A stretch of DNA of 64,000 bases, from contig CBDUPA010000001.1 of the NCBI GenBank assembly GCA_965368975.1, positions 64,001 to 128,000 of the forward strand, given 5' to 3'. The translations under genes were made by a program, and so were the position numbers. The notes under the pieces were generated by a model. That model was not told the DNA's origin and searched no databases. It saw nothing but the letters and a program-made list of their open reading frames with translations. The DNA is from an uncultured bacterium. Its GTDB lineage: Bacteria > Acidobacteriota > Thermoanaerobaculia > Multivoradales > JAHZIX01. Numbering within the stretch: position 1 is the first letter of the stretch; each line of letters opens with the position of its first letter. This document shows positions 1-11,129 of this stretch, in pieces.

Positions 1-825
1 CTGCAGCCACCGCGGCAGGTCACCTACGCCCCCCACCCGGGCGTTGATCTGGCGGCCTTCGTTCAGCCCGAGCTGGTGCGTTTCCCCGCCCACGATGGCC
101 TGGAGTTGACCGGCTGGCTGTACCGGCCGCCGGGGGTCGAGGAACCGGCGCCCTACGTGCTCAGTTTTCACGGCGGACCGGAAGGCCAGGAGCGCCCGTG
201 GTTCCGTGCCGACTACCAAGCCTTGTTGAGCCGCGGCATCGGCGTGCTAGCACCCAATGTGCGCGGCTCGTCCGGCTTCGGAAAGCGCTTCGAGCACCTG
301 GACGATGGTGCCTTGCGCATGGAAAGCCTGAACGACATCGAGTCGACGGTGCGCTTTCTGGTCGACGCCGGTATCGGCGATCCCGCGCGCCTGGGCATCA
401 TGGGCGGCTCCTACGGCGGCTACATGACGATGGTCGGCCTCACCTGGTACCCACACCTCTTCGCAGCCGGCGTCAACCAGTACGGTATCTTCAACTTCCT
501 CACCTTCTTCGAGCACACGGAGCCCTACATCGCGGCGGTCTCGGTGACCGAGTATGGCGATCCGGCCACCGAGGAGCAGATGCTGCGGGACCTGTCACCG
601 ATCTTCAAGCTCGATCGTCTCGAGGATCCGACCCTGGTGCTGCACGGCGCCAACGACACCAACGTGCCGGTGGTCGAGGCCGAGCAGGTCGTCGAGCTGC
701 TGGCCGAGCGTGGTGTTCCCGTCGAGCTGGTGCTGTTTCCCGACGAGGGGCACGGCTTCCGCAAGACGGCGAACCGGATTCGCGCGACCGTCGAGATGGT
801 GCGCTGGTTCGAACGGTATCTATGA
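1..825 (+). CDS. S9 family (prolyl oligopeptidase/acylaminoacyl peptidase-like) serine peptidase, 5'-truncated by window edge
   Basis: Frame is open from base 1. Motifs HGGPE, nucleophile GGSYGG, NDTNV (Asp) and DEGHG (His) give the catalytic triad order typical of S9C peptidases. Confidence 0.9.
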   Translation: MQPPRQVTYAPHPGVDLAAFVQPELVRFPAHDGLELTGWLYRPPGVEEPAPYVLSFHGGPEGQERPWFRADYQALLSRGIGVLAPNVRGSSGFGKRFEHLDDGALRMESLNDIESTVRFLVDAGIGDPARLGIMGGSYGGYMTMVGLTWYPHLFAAGVNQYGIFNFLTFFEHTEPYIAAVSVTEYGDPATEEQMLRDLSPIFKLDRLEDPTLVLHGANDTNVPVVEAEQVVELLAERGVPVELVLFPDEGHGFRKTANRIRATVEMVRWFERYL

Positions 826-860
826 GTGCTCCGCCCCAGAATTTGGGTGCCCTGATCTGT

Positions 861-960
861 GTAGGGGCGGCCCCATGTGGCCGCCCTGGGCGGGGTGTGG
901 GTGGTTTGGATTCCGGATGCGGCGTTCCGCCGCAGGGCACCCACACGGGGGTGCCCCTAC
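861..960. repeat. GTAG-type REP doublet (REPIN-like) between convergent genes
   Basis: GTAGGGGCGGCCCCATGTGGCCGCCC (861-886) and an inverted partner GGGCACCCACACGGGGGTGCCCCTAC (935-960). Each is an imperfect palindrome with a terminal GTAG/CTAC. Confidence 0.8.
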
Positions 961-998
961 CCAGAGTACAGATCTGAAGTCCGGTGCCAGTGAGGGGT

Positions 999-2282
999 TC
1001 AGAGCGAATCCCGCTCGACCGGCATGGTCATGCAGTGCGGGCCGCCGCGGGCGCGCGAGAGTTCGTTGTCCCGCAGTGAGACGACCGTCTTCTCACCATT
1101 CAGCAGGTCGACGCCGCCCGCCAGGATCTCTTCGTCCGTCACCACGCGCCAGCCGCGACGCTGCAACTCGGTGACGGTGCGCCGGTTGCGACGGTAGAGC
1201 AGGATGACGCCGGGGGCGATGGCGAAGGAGTTGGCGCCATCGGTCCACTGCTCGCGCTGCTGGAAGATCAGATCGTCGGCACCGCCGCAGGGCACGATGT
1301 CGATGTCGACGCCGACCTCGGCCAGCGCCTGCACCATCGAGCTTCGCGGCGCCATGGCGAGCTCGTCGGCTTGCAGGTCCGTGTAGTAGACCCGCGCCGA
1401 CTGCGTGTGCCCGGCTTCGACCACCGGCGGGTAGCCCAGGCAGGTGTTGTGGTCGATGAAGGTGAAGACCGTGTCCAGGTGCATGAACGACCGCTGGGCT
1501 GGCAACTGCACGACCAGCAGGTGCTTCCAGGTCGTCTCGTGGCTGCGCAGGTACTCGGCGAACAGCTCGACGCCCTGCAGGTTGGTGCGAGCGCTGACGC
1601 CGACCATCACCAGCTCGGGACTCACCACCAGCACGTCGCCGCCTTCCAGCTCCGGATAGGGGAATTCGAGTTCACGTTCCGCCTCCCACGAGGTCGGCCA
1701 GTCGGCGTCGAGTTGGAAGCGGTCGCTGTGGTCCCTCAGGGCTGGGTGGTGCTCGAAGATCAGGCGTGCGATGAACGGCTCACGCTCGCGCGCTTCCGTG
1801 GCCATGGCGGACAGGATCACTCGATCACCGATCACCACCTGCGGGTCGCGCTGGAAGAAGTAGTTGGGCAGTGGCTCGAGCTCGAAGAAGCGCCGCCGGC
1901 GTCCGATCAGCGGATAGCCGTCGTAGCGAATGCCGCAAATCAGCGTCGCCGCCAGCTGCGGCGAGGGCAGGTCGCCCAGAGGCTTGCAGTCCTCGGCGTC
2001 GAGGCCATAGTCGTGCTCGAGCGCTTCCAGCACCTCGTTGCGCGCTGCCGGCTGCTCCAGGATGTCGGCCATCAGTTCCTGGGGGTCGAGAGTTTCGACC
2101 CCAGCAGAGTGCAGTACCCTACGAAACGTGTCGTGCTCCCGCTGTGCCTGCTTGAGGTCGAGGATGTCGTCGAACAGCAGTCGCTCCATCATCGCCGGCA
2201 CCATCCACTCGATTTCCAGCCCGGGGCGGTGCACCAGCACCCGGCGGAGCCTGCCGATTTCAGAGTCCACTCGCAGAGTCAT
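999..2282 (-). CDS. arcA: Arginine deiminase family protein
   Basis: Motifs VDSEIGRLRRVLVHRPG, LFDD, PNYFFQRDP, LEGGD, MHLDTVF, EQWTDGAN and ELSRARGGPHCMTMP (catalytic Cys). Start placed at ATG 2282. Confidence 0.85.
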   Translation of the reverse strand: MTLRVDSEIGRLRRVLVHRPGLEIEWMVPAMMERLLFDDILDLKQAQREHDTFRRVLHSAGVETLDPQELMADILEQPAARNEVLEALEHDYGLDAEDCKPLGDLPSPQLAATLICGIRYDGYPLIGRRRRFFELEPLPNYFFQRDPQVVIGDRVILSAMATEAREREPFIARLIFEHHPALRDHSDRFQLDADWPTSWEAERELEFPYPELEGGDVLVVSPELVMVGVSARTNLQGVELFAEYLRSHETTWKHLLVVQLPAQRSFMHLDTVFTFIDHNTCLGYPPVVEAGHTQSARVYYTDLQADELAMAPRSSMVQALAEVGVDIDIVPCGGADDLIFQQREQWTDGANSFAIAPGVILLYRRNRRTVTELQRRGWRVVTDEEILAGGVDLLNGEKTVVSLRDNELSRARGGPHCMTMPVERDSL

Positions 2283-2368
2283 AAAAGCTTTCCTATGTGT
2301 CACTTGCGGCCCAGGGAGATCCGGGCGGTAGGTCGAGGCAGGTGGGGATTGTAGCAGAGGACGGCGAC

Positions 2369-2779
2369 TCAGCTGAGTCGCCCGCGGACGACCTGGACGA
2401 ATTGCAGAAGGTCGTCTAGTCGATGCTCCGCGATCGAACGCACGACATCGAGATTGACGTCGTCATAGCCGTGTACCAGGATGTTGCGAAAGCTGATCAT
2501 CTTGGCTAGGTCCTCGGCTTGCGAGGCGTCGAACCATCCTTCCTGCGCCAGCAGGCGGAACAGGTCGCGATTGCTTTCTGGCTGCCCGAGGTTGTCGTCA
2601 GACACGATGTGGGAAGCGATGTCCTGAACCGCCTGGATCGCCTTCTGCAGCATCCGTTCGACGAAACTGCGGTGTTCCAGGTCGTTCTCGATCGCCTCCG
2701 GGCGCAGACGCTGCCGCAGTTGCTCGACGTACGTCTCGATGCTGGCGAGTTTCTTGAGGACGAGTGAACGATCCGTCAT
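2369..2779 (-). CDS. hepT: HEPN/DUF86 ribonuclease toxin (type VII TA, HepT-like)
   Basis: 136 aa with RNILVHGY (Rx4HxY) motif. Its start overlaps the upstream nucleotidyltransferase stop (ATGA at 2776-2779). Confidence 0.85.
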   Translation of the reverse strand: MTDRSLVLKKLASIETYVEQLRQRLRPEAIENDLEHRSFVERMLQKAIQAVQDIASHIVSDDNLGQPESNRDLFRLLAQEGWFDASQAEDLAKMISFRNILVHGYDDVNLDVVRSIAEHRLDDLLQFVQVVRGRLS

Positions 2780-3225
2780 CGCTCCGCCTCCGGCATCTTC
2801 CAACTGCGTCTGAGGATTGGTAGTGCATCCCAGTATTCGTTGCGCGCTCGGACTTCGAAGGCAATGCGGTGGCTGGGATTGGCTTCGACCAGCAAGATGC
2901 CATCGCGCAGAACACGAAACGCCAGGTCGGGCGAGGCAGTATTCAGTGTCACGATCTGGACTTCACGGTGGAGCAGTTCCTGCAGGTCGCTATCGAGGAG
3001 GAACGCCGGGTGATCGAGCGTCGAGGGCGGTGTCTCGGTGAACAAGACCGCCACGTCGACGTCACTGTGTGGCCGAGCGGTACCGCGGGCGAAGCTACCG
3101 AACAAGTAGACGGCATCGATACCGTCGTGGTGCTCTGTGAAGAAGGAACGCAGCGCATCGCGGACTTCAGCGGTCGTTGGGACCGGGGCAACTGTGGGAC
3201 GGGGTAGCGGAGCGACGCTGGCCAT
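2776..3225 (-). CDS. mntA: Minimal nucleotidyltransferase antitoxin (MntA-like)
   Basis: YLFGSFARGTARPHSDVDVAV matches the GSx10DxD motif. Translationally coupled to the HEPN gene. Confidence 0.85.
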   Translation of the reverse strand: MASVAPLPRPTVAPVPTTAEVRDALRSFFTEHHDGIDAVYLFGSFARGTARPHSDVDVAVLFTETPPSTLDHPAFLLDSDLQELLHREVQIVTLNTASPDLAFRVLRDGILLVEANPSHRIAFEVRARNEYWDALPILRRSWKMPEAER

Positions 3226-3418
3226 GATGACTCATTTTCACACAACGAAGGTGCGGAACGCGAAACGGCGGCCTCCGTCGAAGTCTCTTGGCTGCGTGCC
3301 GAGTCGTTCCTGTACACTCCGTCCAGGAGATCGACGTGGCAGCGAGATCGACAGGATGTCGCGACAGCAAGCGCAACTTGGGTTCTCGAGAATTGGGAAC
3401 GGATAGGGTTTTCTTGAC

Positions 3419-5767
3419 TTGACGGTTCTAGCCTCTGAACACACCGAAAGGCAAGGTATCGCTCTCGCGATGTCGATCTTCGAGAAGGTCGGCTTTCTGT
3501 TCCGAGAGCTGAGGGACCACGACCACGGCATCGACGCGGAAGCCGAGCCGGTCGAAGGCGGCCAGGCGACCAGTCAGTTGATTCGACTGCAGGTCAAGGC
3601 GGGGCCGAGCTTTTTCCGGGAGCGAGCCGAGACCGGCTTTGTTTTCCGCTTCGACGACAAGCACCATCGGTACTGGATGAACCACGCCCTGCCGGTAGTT
3701 TTGTTGCTGTGTGACCTCGACCACGGCAAGGTGTACTGGCAGGAGGTTTCAGAGCAGACGGTCGTTTCTACCGGTAAGGGGTGGAAGGTCGTCGTCCCGA
3801 GAAGGCAGATCGTGGATGCTTCCTCCAGGGCGGCTCTGGTGAGGCTGGCGGCCAGGAAGTCGACGGAGAGTGAGTTGGAAGAGACGCCGACCGAGCTGGA
3901 GGAGCTGTACGAGAAGCGTGCCGAGGCTCTTGCCTGCGGCGATGACACCAGCCACCTCGACGCCGAGATCCTGGCGATCAAGCGCAGGAACCGCGCTGGT
4001 GGCAATCTGCACACCGGGGACCTGCTGGCAGGACGCTACAAGCTGCGTGGGGTCCTCGGCGCCGGTGGCTTCGCGACGGTGTGGCAGGCCTACGACAAGA
4101 AGGCGCGGTGTGTTGTCGCGGTCAAGGCGCTGCATGCGCAGTACGCCAAGGACAAGACGCGCCGTGATCGGTTTTTCCGTGGTGCGCGGCTGATGGCCGA
4201 GCTGGAGCATCCGGGCATCGTGCGTGTGCTGGAGCAGCAGCTCGACGACGACGGGCACCACTTCTTCGTCATGGAACACCTTTCCGGTGGGGACTTGCAC
4301 AAGGCGGTGCTGGCGAAGAAGGTGGCGCGCGAGCAGGCGATCGAGCTGGTAAGGAAAGCCGGAGAAGCTCTGGCCTACGCCCACAGCAAGGGCGTGATCC
4401 ATCGGGACGTCAAGCCGGCGAATATCCTGCTGGCTGGCGACGGCCAGCCGAAGCTGACGGACTTCGATCTCGTCCGGGCCCAGGACACCACGGGCGGTAC
4501 GCGCACGGGAGCGATGGGGACCTTCGTGTATGCGGCGCCGGAGCAGCTGGAAGACGCCAAGGCAGCGGACGAGCGCGCGGACGTGTTCGGCTTGGGGATG
4601 ACGCTGGTCTTCGCTCTGTACCGGAAGAAGCTTCCGCCGAAGGTGCTGCGTGATCCGGATTCCGTGGTCGATGATTTGCGCTGTTCGATGGCGATCAAAG
4701 GGGCCCTGAAGAAGGCCGTCGACTGGGAGCTGGAGCAGCGATGGGGGAGCGTGGACGCGTTCTTGGCGGCGCTTCCATGGCCTCCTGCTGTGCAGCAGCC
4801 AGAGCCGAGGAGCCGAGTGCGAGTTGCTGCGGCGGGGGAGCCGGCGGTGATCGCGACGGCAGGGGTGGCACCGGAGGCCGGTGCCGTCAAGGAAGGGCCG
4901 TTCGGGATGCGCTTCCGGTTCATCCCGGCCGGGACCTACACCGCTGGCAGTCCTCAAGACGAGCCCGGAAGGCGCAGCCAGGAGTGGCCGCAGCACCCCG
5001 TCCAGCTGACGCGCGGCTTCTGGCTCGCCGAGACGCCGGTGACGCAGGCGCAGTGGTGCCGGCTGGTGTCGCGGAATCCGTCAGAGTTCCAGAAAGACGC
5101 CGAGAACCGGCCGGTCGAGCAGGTCAGCTGGTTGGACGCAGTCGCCTTCGCCAACCTCCTGTCGCAGCAGGCAGGGTTCCGGCCGTGCTACAAGCTGACC
5201 GAAAGGCATGGCGAGATCGGCAAGGATCTTGAGTGCGATAGCGTCGAGATCCTCGACTCTTGGGTGGGTGGCTTCCGCCTCCCCACGGAAGCGGAATGGG
5301 AGATTGCGGCCAGGGCTGGCACGAAGACGGCTGTCTATACCGGAGGTCTGACGCTGGAAGGCGAGAAGGGAGAGCGAGCCGAGGAGCTGGACGCCATCGC
5401 CTGGTATTCCGGGAACACTGGCTATGGAACGGAGCCCGTGAAGCAGAAGCTGGCGAACGCGTGGGGTCTCCATGACATGCTGGGCAACGTCTGGGAGTGG
5501 TGCTGGGATCTGCCGGGGCACGCCGAGACGGAGCAGCTGCGCGTCGATCCACGCGGAGGTAGCCAGGGCTCGGACCGGGTCGTCCGTGGCGGTTCCTGGT
5601 TCGGCCGCGCGCGCGACGTGCGCGCCGCGTACCGCGACTGGCACCACCCGGGCAGTCGCAGCCTCAACCTGGGCGTCCGCCTGGCCCAAGATCAGGAACA
5701 GCCAGCTGGGCCGGAGGCTCAGCCGGCTCCAGGACAAGACGGGGAGGCCGTGGCAAGGGCCCGATAG
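3419..5767 (+). CDS. Multidomain protein: DUF4365-like N-terminus + Hanks Ser/Thr kinase + FGE-sulfatase (CLec-fold) domain
   Basis: N-terminal DHGIDAEAE...LQVKAG...YWMNHALPVVLL resembles DUF4365 (PD-(D/E)xK-like). Kinase motifs GAGGFATV, VAVK, HRDVKPAN, DFD and APE. FGE motifs RLPTEAEWE, NAWGLHDMLGNVWEW and RVVRGGSW. TTG start is uncertain. Confidence 0.8.
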   Translation: MTVLASEHTERQGIALAMSIFEKVGFLFRELRDHDHGIDAEAEPVEGGQATSQLIRLQVKAGPSFFRERAETGFVFRFDDKHHRYWMNHALPVVLLLCDLDHGKVYWQEVSEQTVVSTGKGWKVVVPRRQIVDASSRAALVRLAARKSTESELEETPTELEELYEKRAEALACGDDTSHLDAEILAIKRRNRAGGNLHTGDLLAGRYKLRGVLGAGGFATVWQAYDKKARCVVAVKALHAQYAKDKTRRDRFFRGARLMAELEHPGIVRVLEQQLDDDGHHFFVMEHLSGGDLHKAVLAKKVAREQAIELVRKAGEALAYAHSKGVIHRDVKPANILLAGDGQPKLTDFDLVRAQDTTGGTRTGAMGTFVYAAPEQLEDAKAADERADVFGLGMTLVFALYRKKLPPKVLRDPDSVVDDLRCSMAIKGALKKAVDWELEQRWGSVDAFLAALPWPPAVQQPEPRSRVRVAAAGEPAVIATAGVAPEAGAVKEGPFGMRFRFIPAGTYTAGSPQDEPGRRSQEWPQHPVQLTRGFWLAETPVTQAQWCRLVSRNPSEFQKDAENRPVEQVSWLDAVAFANLLSQQAGFRPCYKLTERHGEIGKDLECDSVEILDSWVGGFRLPTEAEWEIAARAGTKTAVYTGGLTLEGEKGERAEELDAIAWYSGNTGYGTEPVKQKLANAWGLHDMLGNVWEWCWDLPGHAETEQLRVDPRGGSQGSDRVVRGGSWFGRARDVRAAYRDWHHPGSRSLNLGVRLAQDQEQPAGPEAQPAPGQDGEAVARAR

Positions 5768-5816
5768 GAGCAGCGGCCGGAGGCCGCAGCGAATCGGGAC
5801 CCGGCCTAGGCCGGGG
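5700..5816. other. Cluster of GC-rich hairpins (two with GGA triloops) just downstream of the FGE variable-region-like segment
   Basis: AGCCAGCTGGGCC-GGA-GGCTCAGCCGGCT (5700-5728), GCGGCC-GGA-GGCCGC (5773-5787) and palindrome CCCGGCCTAGGCCGGG (5800-5815). Confidence 0.6.
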
Positions 5817-5856
5817 TTGGGGGGGCGTCTCCCCCGCTGCGGATCTGGGCGCGCGC

Positions 5857-7125
5857 TCAGGTGTGGTGGAAGTCGAACTTGCGGCGCGTGACGACCAGCT
5901 GGTCCTTGGCCACCTCGTGGCGTACGTAGCCGAGCAAGTGGAAGAGTTCGACGGCGAACCAGCGGGCGACCTTGAGGTCGACCAGCAGGCTGCCTTCGAG
6001 TTCGGGGTGCTTGCGCACGCCAGGCAGCCAGTGAGCGATGCGGCCGACGCGGAGCCGGCGCATGACCTCGGAGAGCCGGAGCCAGGCAGGGCTGAACGGG
6101 CGCACGAGGAAGAAGCCGTCGGAACCCTGCTTCTGGTAGAGCGGCATCAGGATGCGGCCGCTCTCCGGACTGAGCACGTCACCGTGCTTGTCGACGGCCA
6201 GCGTTTCGCCCTCGGTGACGTAGTCGAAGCTCTTGTAGCCGAGGTTCATCACGAAGCCGTCACCCGGGCGCACGACGTGACGGTAGCGGGTCTCGCAGAT
6301 GCGTGGCAGGCCGCTGGAGACCTGGTTGAGCAGGGTGCGGCCGGTGGCGGCTTGACGGATCGGCTTGGGTAGCACGCCGGAGGCTTCGAGCGCGATCCAG
6401 ATCGCGGCTTCGATGCGGTCGACGGCTTCGGTGGCCTGGTGCTGGCCGCCTTCGAAGCCGATCGCGACGTGACCGAGTGTACACACGTAGTCGGTGAGCG
6501 TGCCTTTGAGTTCCTCTTCCAGGCCGACGATGATCGGCGCTGGGAAGTGCAGTGCGAAGGCGCGGTTGGGCAGAGTGTCGGCCATGGTGCCGAAGGCGAC
6601 GCTCTTGGCCGAGGTGGTGTGGAAGTCGATCAGGAAGACGGGGCCACGGGCGCGTTCGAAGATGGATTCGAGTTCACGTCGGAGCTCGTCGAGCTGACGA
6701 TCTTCGGGCACCAGACTGTCGGCCAGGGCGCCGGCGCGGCTGGCGACCACGCGGTCGCCGTGCCAGTGGCGGTTGAGGTCGGCTTCCAGATAGCGGTGAC
6801 CAGCCGCCAGTGCTTCCAGGTTGCCGCGCAGACCGACGAACTCGCCGTGCAGGTTCTGAGTCAGCTCGTCGGAGTTCTCGTCGAGCGTCTCGAAAACCCG
6901 CTCGAGTGCTGCGACGCCAGCATTCTCGTTGCCATGCAGGCCCCCGACGCATACCAGGGTGGCGCCGGCTTCATCGCCGACGAGATGTCCGATGAGGCGT
7001 TGCAAGGGGTGATGGGTTTCTTGTCGTGGGGTCGTGGGAGTCGCCGCGCGGGAGAACTCGGGGAGCTCGGGGTCGGCGACTTCGAGGTTGTGGCCAGGGG
7101 CCGGTCCTACATCGGATAAGTCCAT
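5857..7125 (-). CDS. Succinylglutamate desuccinylase/aspartoacylase family (M14-like zinc hydrolase)
   Basis: Motifs GGLHGNE (HxxE), DLNR, IDFHTTS and FEGGQH. Lies directly downstream of clpA. Confidence 0.8.
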   Translation of the reverse strand: MDLSDVGPAPGHNLEVADPELPEFSRAATPTTPRQETHHPLQRLIGHLVGDEAGATLVCVGGLHGNENAGVAALERVFETLDENSDELTQNLHGEFVGLRGNLEALAAGHRYLEADLNRHWHGDRVVASRAGALADSLVPEDRQLDELRRELESIFERARGPVFLIDFHTTSAKSVAFGTMADTLPNRAFALHFPAPIIVGLEEELKGTLTDYVCTLGHVAIGFEGGQHQATEAVDRIEAAIWIALEASGVLPKPIRQAATGRTLLNQVSSGLPRICETRYRHVVRPGDGFVMNLGYKSFDYVTEGETLAVDKHGDVLSPESGRILMPLYQKQGSDGFFLVRPFSPAWLRLSEVMRRLRVGRIAHWLPGVRKHPELEGSLLVDLKVARWFAVELFHLLGYVRHEVAKDQLVVTRRKFDFHHT

Positions 7126-7142
7126 CGAATCAGCTGTCCTCC

Positions 7143-9458
<2,316 letters not shown>

Positions 9459-9493
9459 GGTGATTCTCGCTCTGGAGTTTCTCCCGGGGCGCC

Positions 9494-9832
9494 TTACTCG
9501 CGTTCCAAGGTCAGCTGCAACGGCATACCGGCCTCGCGTGCCTCGCTGGTGACCTGATGGACCTTGGTCTCGGCCTCGTCGTAGGTGTAGACACCGGCGA
9601 CGCCTCGCCCTTTGTGGTGGACTTCGAGCATGATGTGGTTGGCCTCGGTCTCAGTCTTGTGGAAGTACTTCACCAGGACGTGGATGACGAACTCCATGCT
9701 GGTGTAGTCGTCATTGTGCAGGATCACGCGGTAACGCTTCGGGCGTCGGGTGCGCTTGCGTTCCTGGACGACCAGATGTTCTTCGAGGTCGGGCCGGGTG
9801 CGGTCGGGTATCTCGGGTGGCTTGTCGCTCAT
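9494..9832 (-). CDS. clpS: ATP-dependent Clp protease adaptor ClpS
   Basis: YRVILHNDDYTSMEFV...MLEVHHKGRGVAGVY. Directly upstream of clpA. Confidence 0.95.
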   Translation of the reverse strand: MSDKPPEIPDRTRPDLEEHLVVQERKRTRRPKRYRVILHNDDYTSMEFVIHVLVKYFHKTETEANHIMLEVHHKGRGVAGVYTYDEAETKVHQVTSEAREAGMPLQLTLERE

Positions 9833-10301
9833 AGTTCAGCGGGCAGCAGGCGGGCAGCGCATCAACCCTCGTCACCACTCTACGCAAGCTGAGCGAACGG
9901 GGCAAGCCCTGGAGGTCGCCTCTTACTGCGGTGGCTACGTGGGGGGTGATGCTTTCTGTATGTTCAAGTTTCAATAAGGGAGTTGTTGTTTCCTCCGGGT
10001 CTGCTATAGTTCATGGTAGACCAAAGCTTGAGGAATCCCCCCCTTCCATGCACGCACTGGTCATTCTTTGTATTTGACGATCGCTGAGAAAAACCAACGG
10101 AGATGGCGGTCCGCGGCCTCTTCCGGTATCGCTGGACTACTTTGTCCGAGAAGCGAGAAGCGCCCGTGTCCGGCAAGCACCTACACGGTCGACGGTGATC
10201 GATCATGTGCATCTTTCTATGTCGTCTGCTGTTACTCAGAAGTTCGCGAGGACTCGTGGCCGGTTGGGCCAGGGCTCGCGGTCGAAAGAAAGGGGTCCGA
10301 T

Positions 10302-11129
10302 GTGAGTGGTGGAAACACAACAGAGGTTCGAGCTCAGAAGGGGCGGCTGGGCTGCCCACCGGCGACTCCGCCCAAGGCCTACGAGCCGCCGCGGCAGTCC
10401 GAGATCTTCTTCGACGCCAAGGCGCCGTCGCACATGCATGAGCCGACGGGGATCGAGATGGTCTACATCCCCGGCGGTGTCTACACGATTGGTACCAACG
10501 ATCTCTCGGAGTGGGAGCGCCCGGCGCACCAAGAGACACTCGAATCGTTGTGGCTCGCCAAGTATCCGGTGACGCGCGAGCAGTATGCTCGCTTCCTGGC
10601 TGCCAATCCACGGCAGGCGCGGCCGTCAGGCTGGAACGCCACCAAGGACCCGCACCAGGCCGTGGTGGGCGTCAGTTGGGAGGATGCGCGCGACTTCTGT
10701 GATTGGGCGGGCCTGCGCTTGCCCCGGGAAAGTGAGTGGGAAGCCGCGGCGCGCGGACCCGAAGGTCGCGATTATCCGTGGGGCAACGCGGCGCCGGCTG
10801 CCTGGTTGGCCTGTTTCGCCGAGAACTGGCGCACCGGCATCGCCCCGAACGTCGATGCTCTGCCGACCGGCGAAGGTCCCTTCGGCACCATGGCACAGGC
10901 CGGACACGTCTGGGAATGGTGCGCGGACGTCTGGGACGCGAAGGCCTATCAGCACCGTGACATTTCCCTGGACCGCGATCCCCACGTCACCGACATCGAC
11001 CTGCGGCGCTTCGTGCTGCGCGGCGGTGCTTGGCTGAGTCCGGCGCGCCACTTGCGCTCAGCGTACCGCAGCTGCGGTGGCGCCAAGCTGCGCGAGGACA
11101 GCATCGGGTTCCGGGTGGCCTGCAGCTGA
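10302..11129 (+). CDS. Formylglycine-generating enzyme family (FGE-sulfatase/SUMF1 domain) protein
   Basis: Motifs KYPVT, GVSWEDA, RLPRESEWEAAARG, YPWG, GHVWEW, LRGGAW and IGFR. Start placed at GTG 10302 after AAAGGGG (alternative ATG ~10434). Confidence 0.8.
   Translation: MSGGNTTEVRAQKGRLGCPPATPPKAYEPPRQSEIFFDAKAPSHMHEPTGIEMVYIPGGVYTIGTNDLSEWERPAHQETLESLWLAKYPVTREQYARFLAANPRQARPSGWNATKDPHQAVVGVSWEDARDFCDWAGLRLPRESEWEAAARGPEGRDYPWGNAAPAAWLACFAENWRTGIAPNVDALPTGEGPFGTMAQAGHVWEWCADVWDAKAYQHRDISLDRDPHVTDIDLRRFVLRGGAWLSPARHLRSAYRSCGGAKLREDSIGFRVACS

Noticed and set aside
11030-11128. Longer N-terminus of the phosphoesterase (and of the FGE ORF from 10068)
   Set aside because: It overlaps the upstream gene or low-GC intergenic DNA. 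The coupled ATG at 11129 exposes a signal peptide.
11010-11129. Second FGE domain as a DGR target
   Set aside because: Equivalent positions use ctg, ccg, aag and gag codons, which do not fit AAC-derived mutagenesis, and no downstream hairpin is present (the next gene overlaps the stop).
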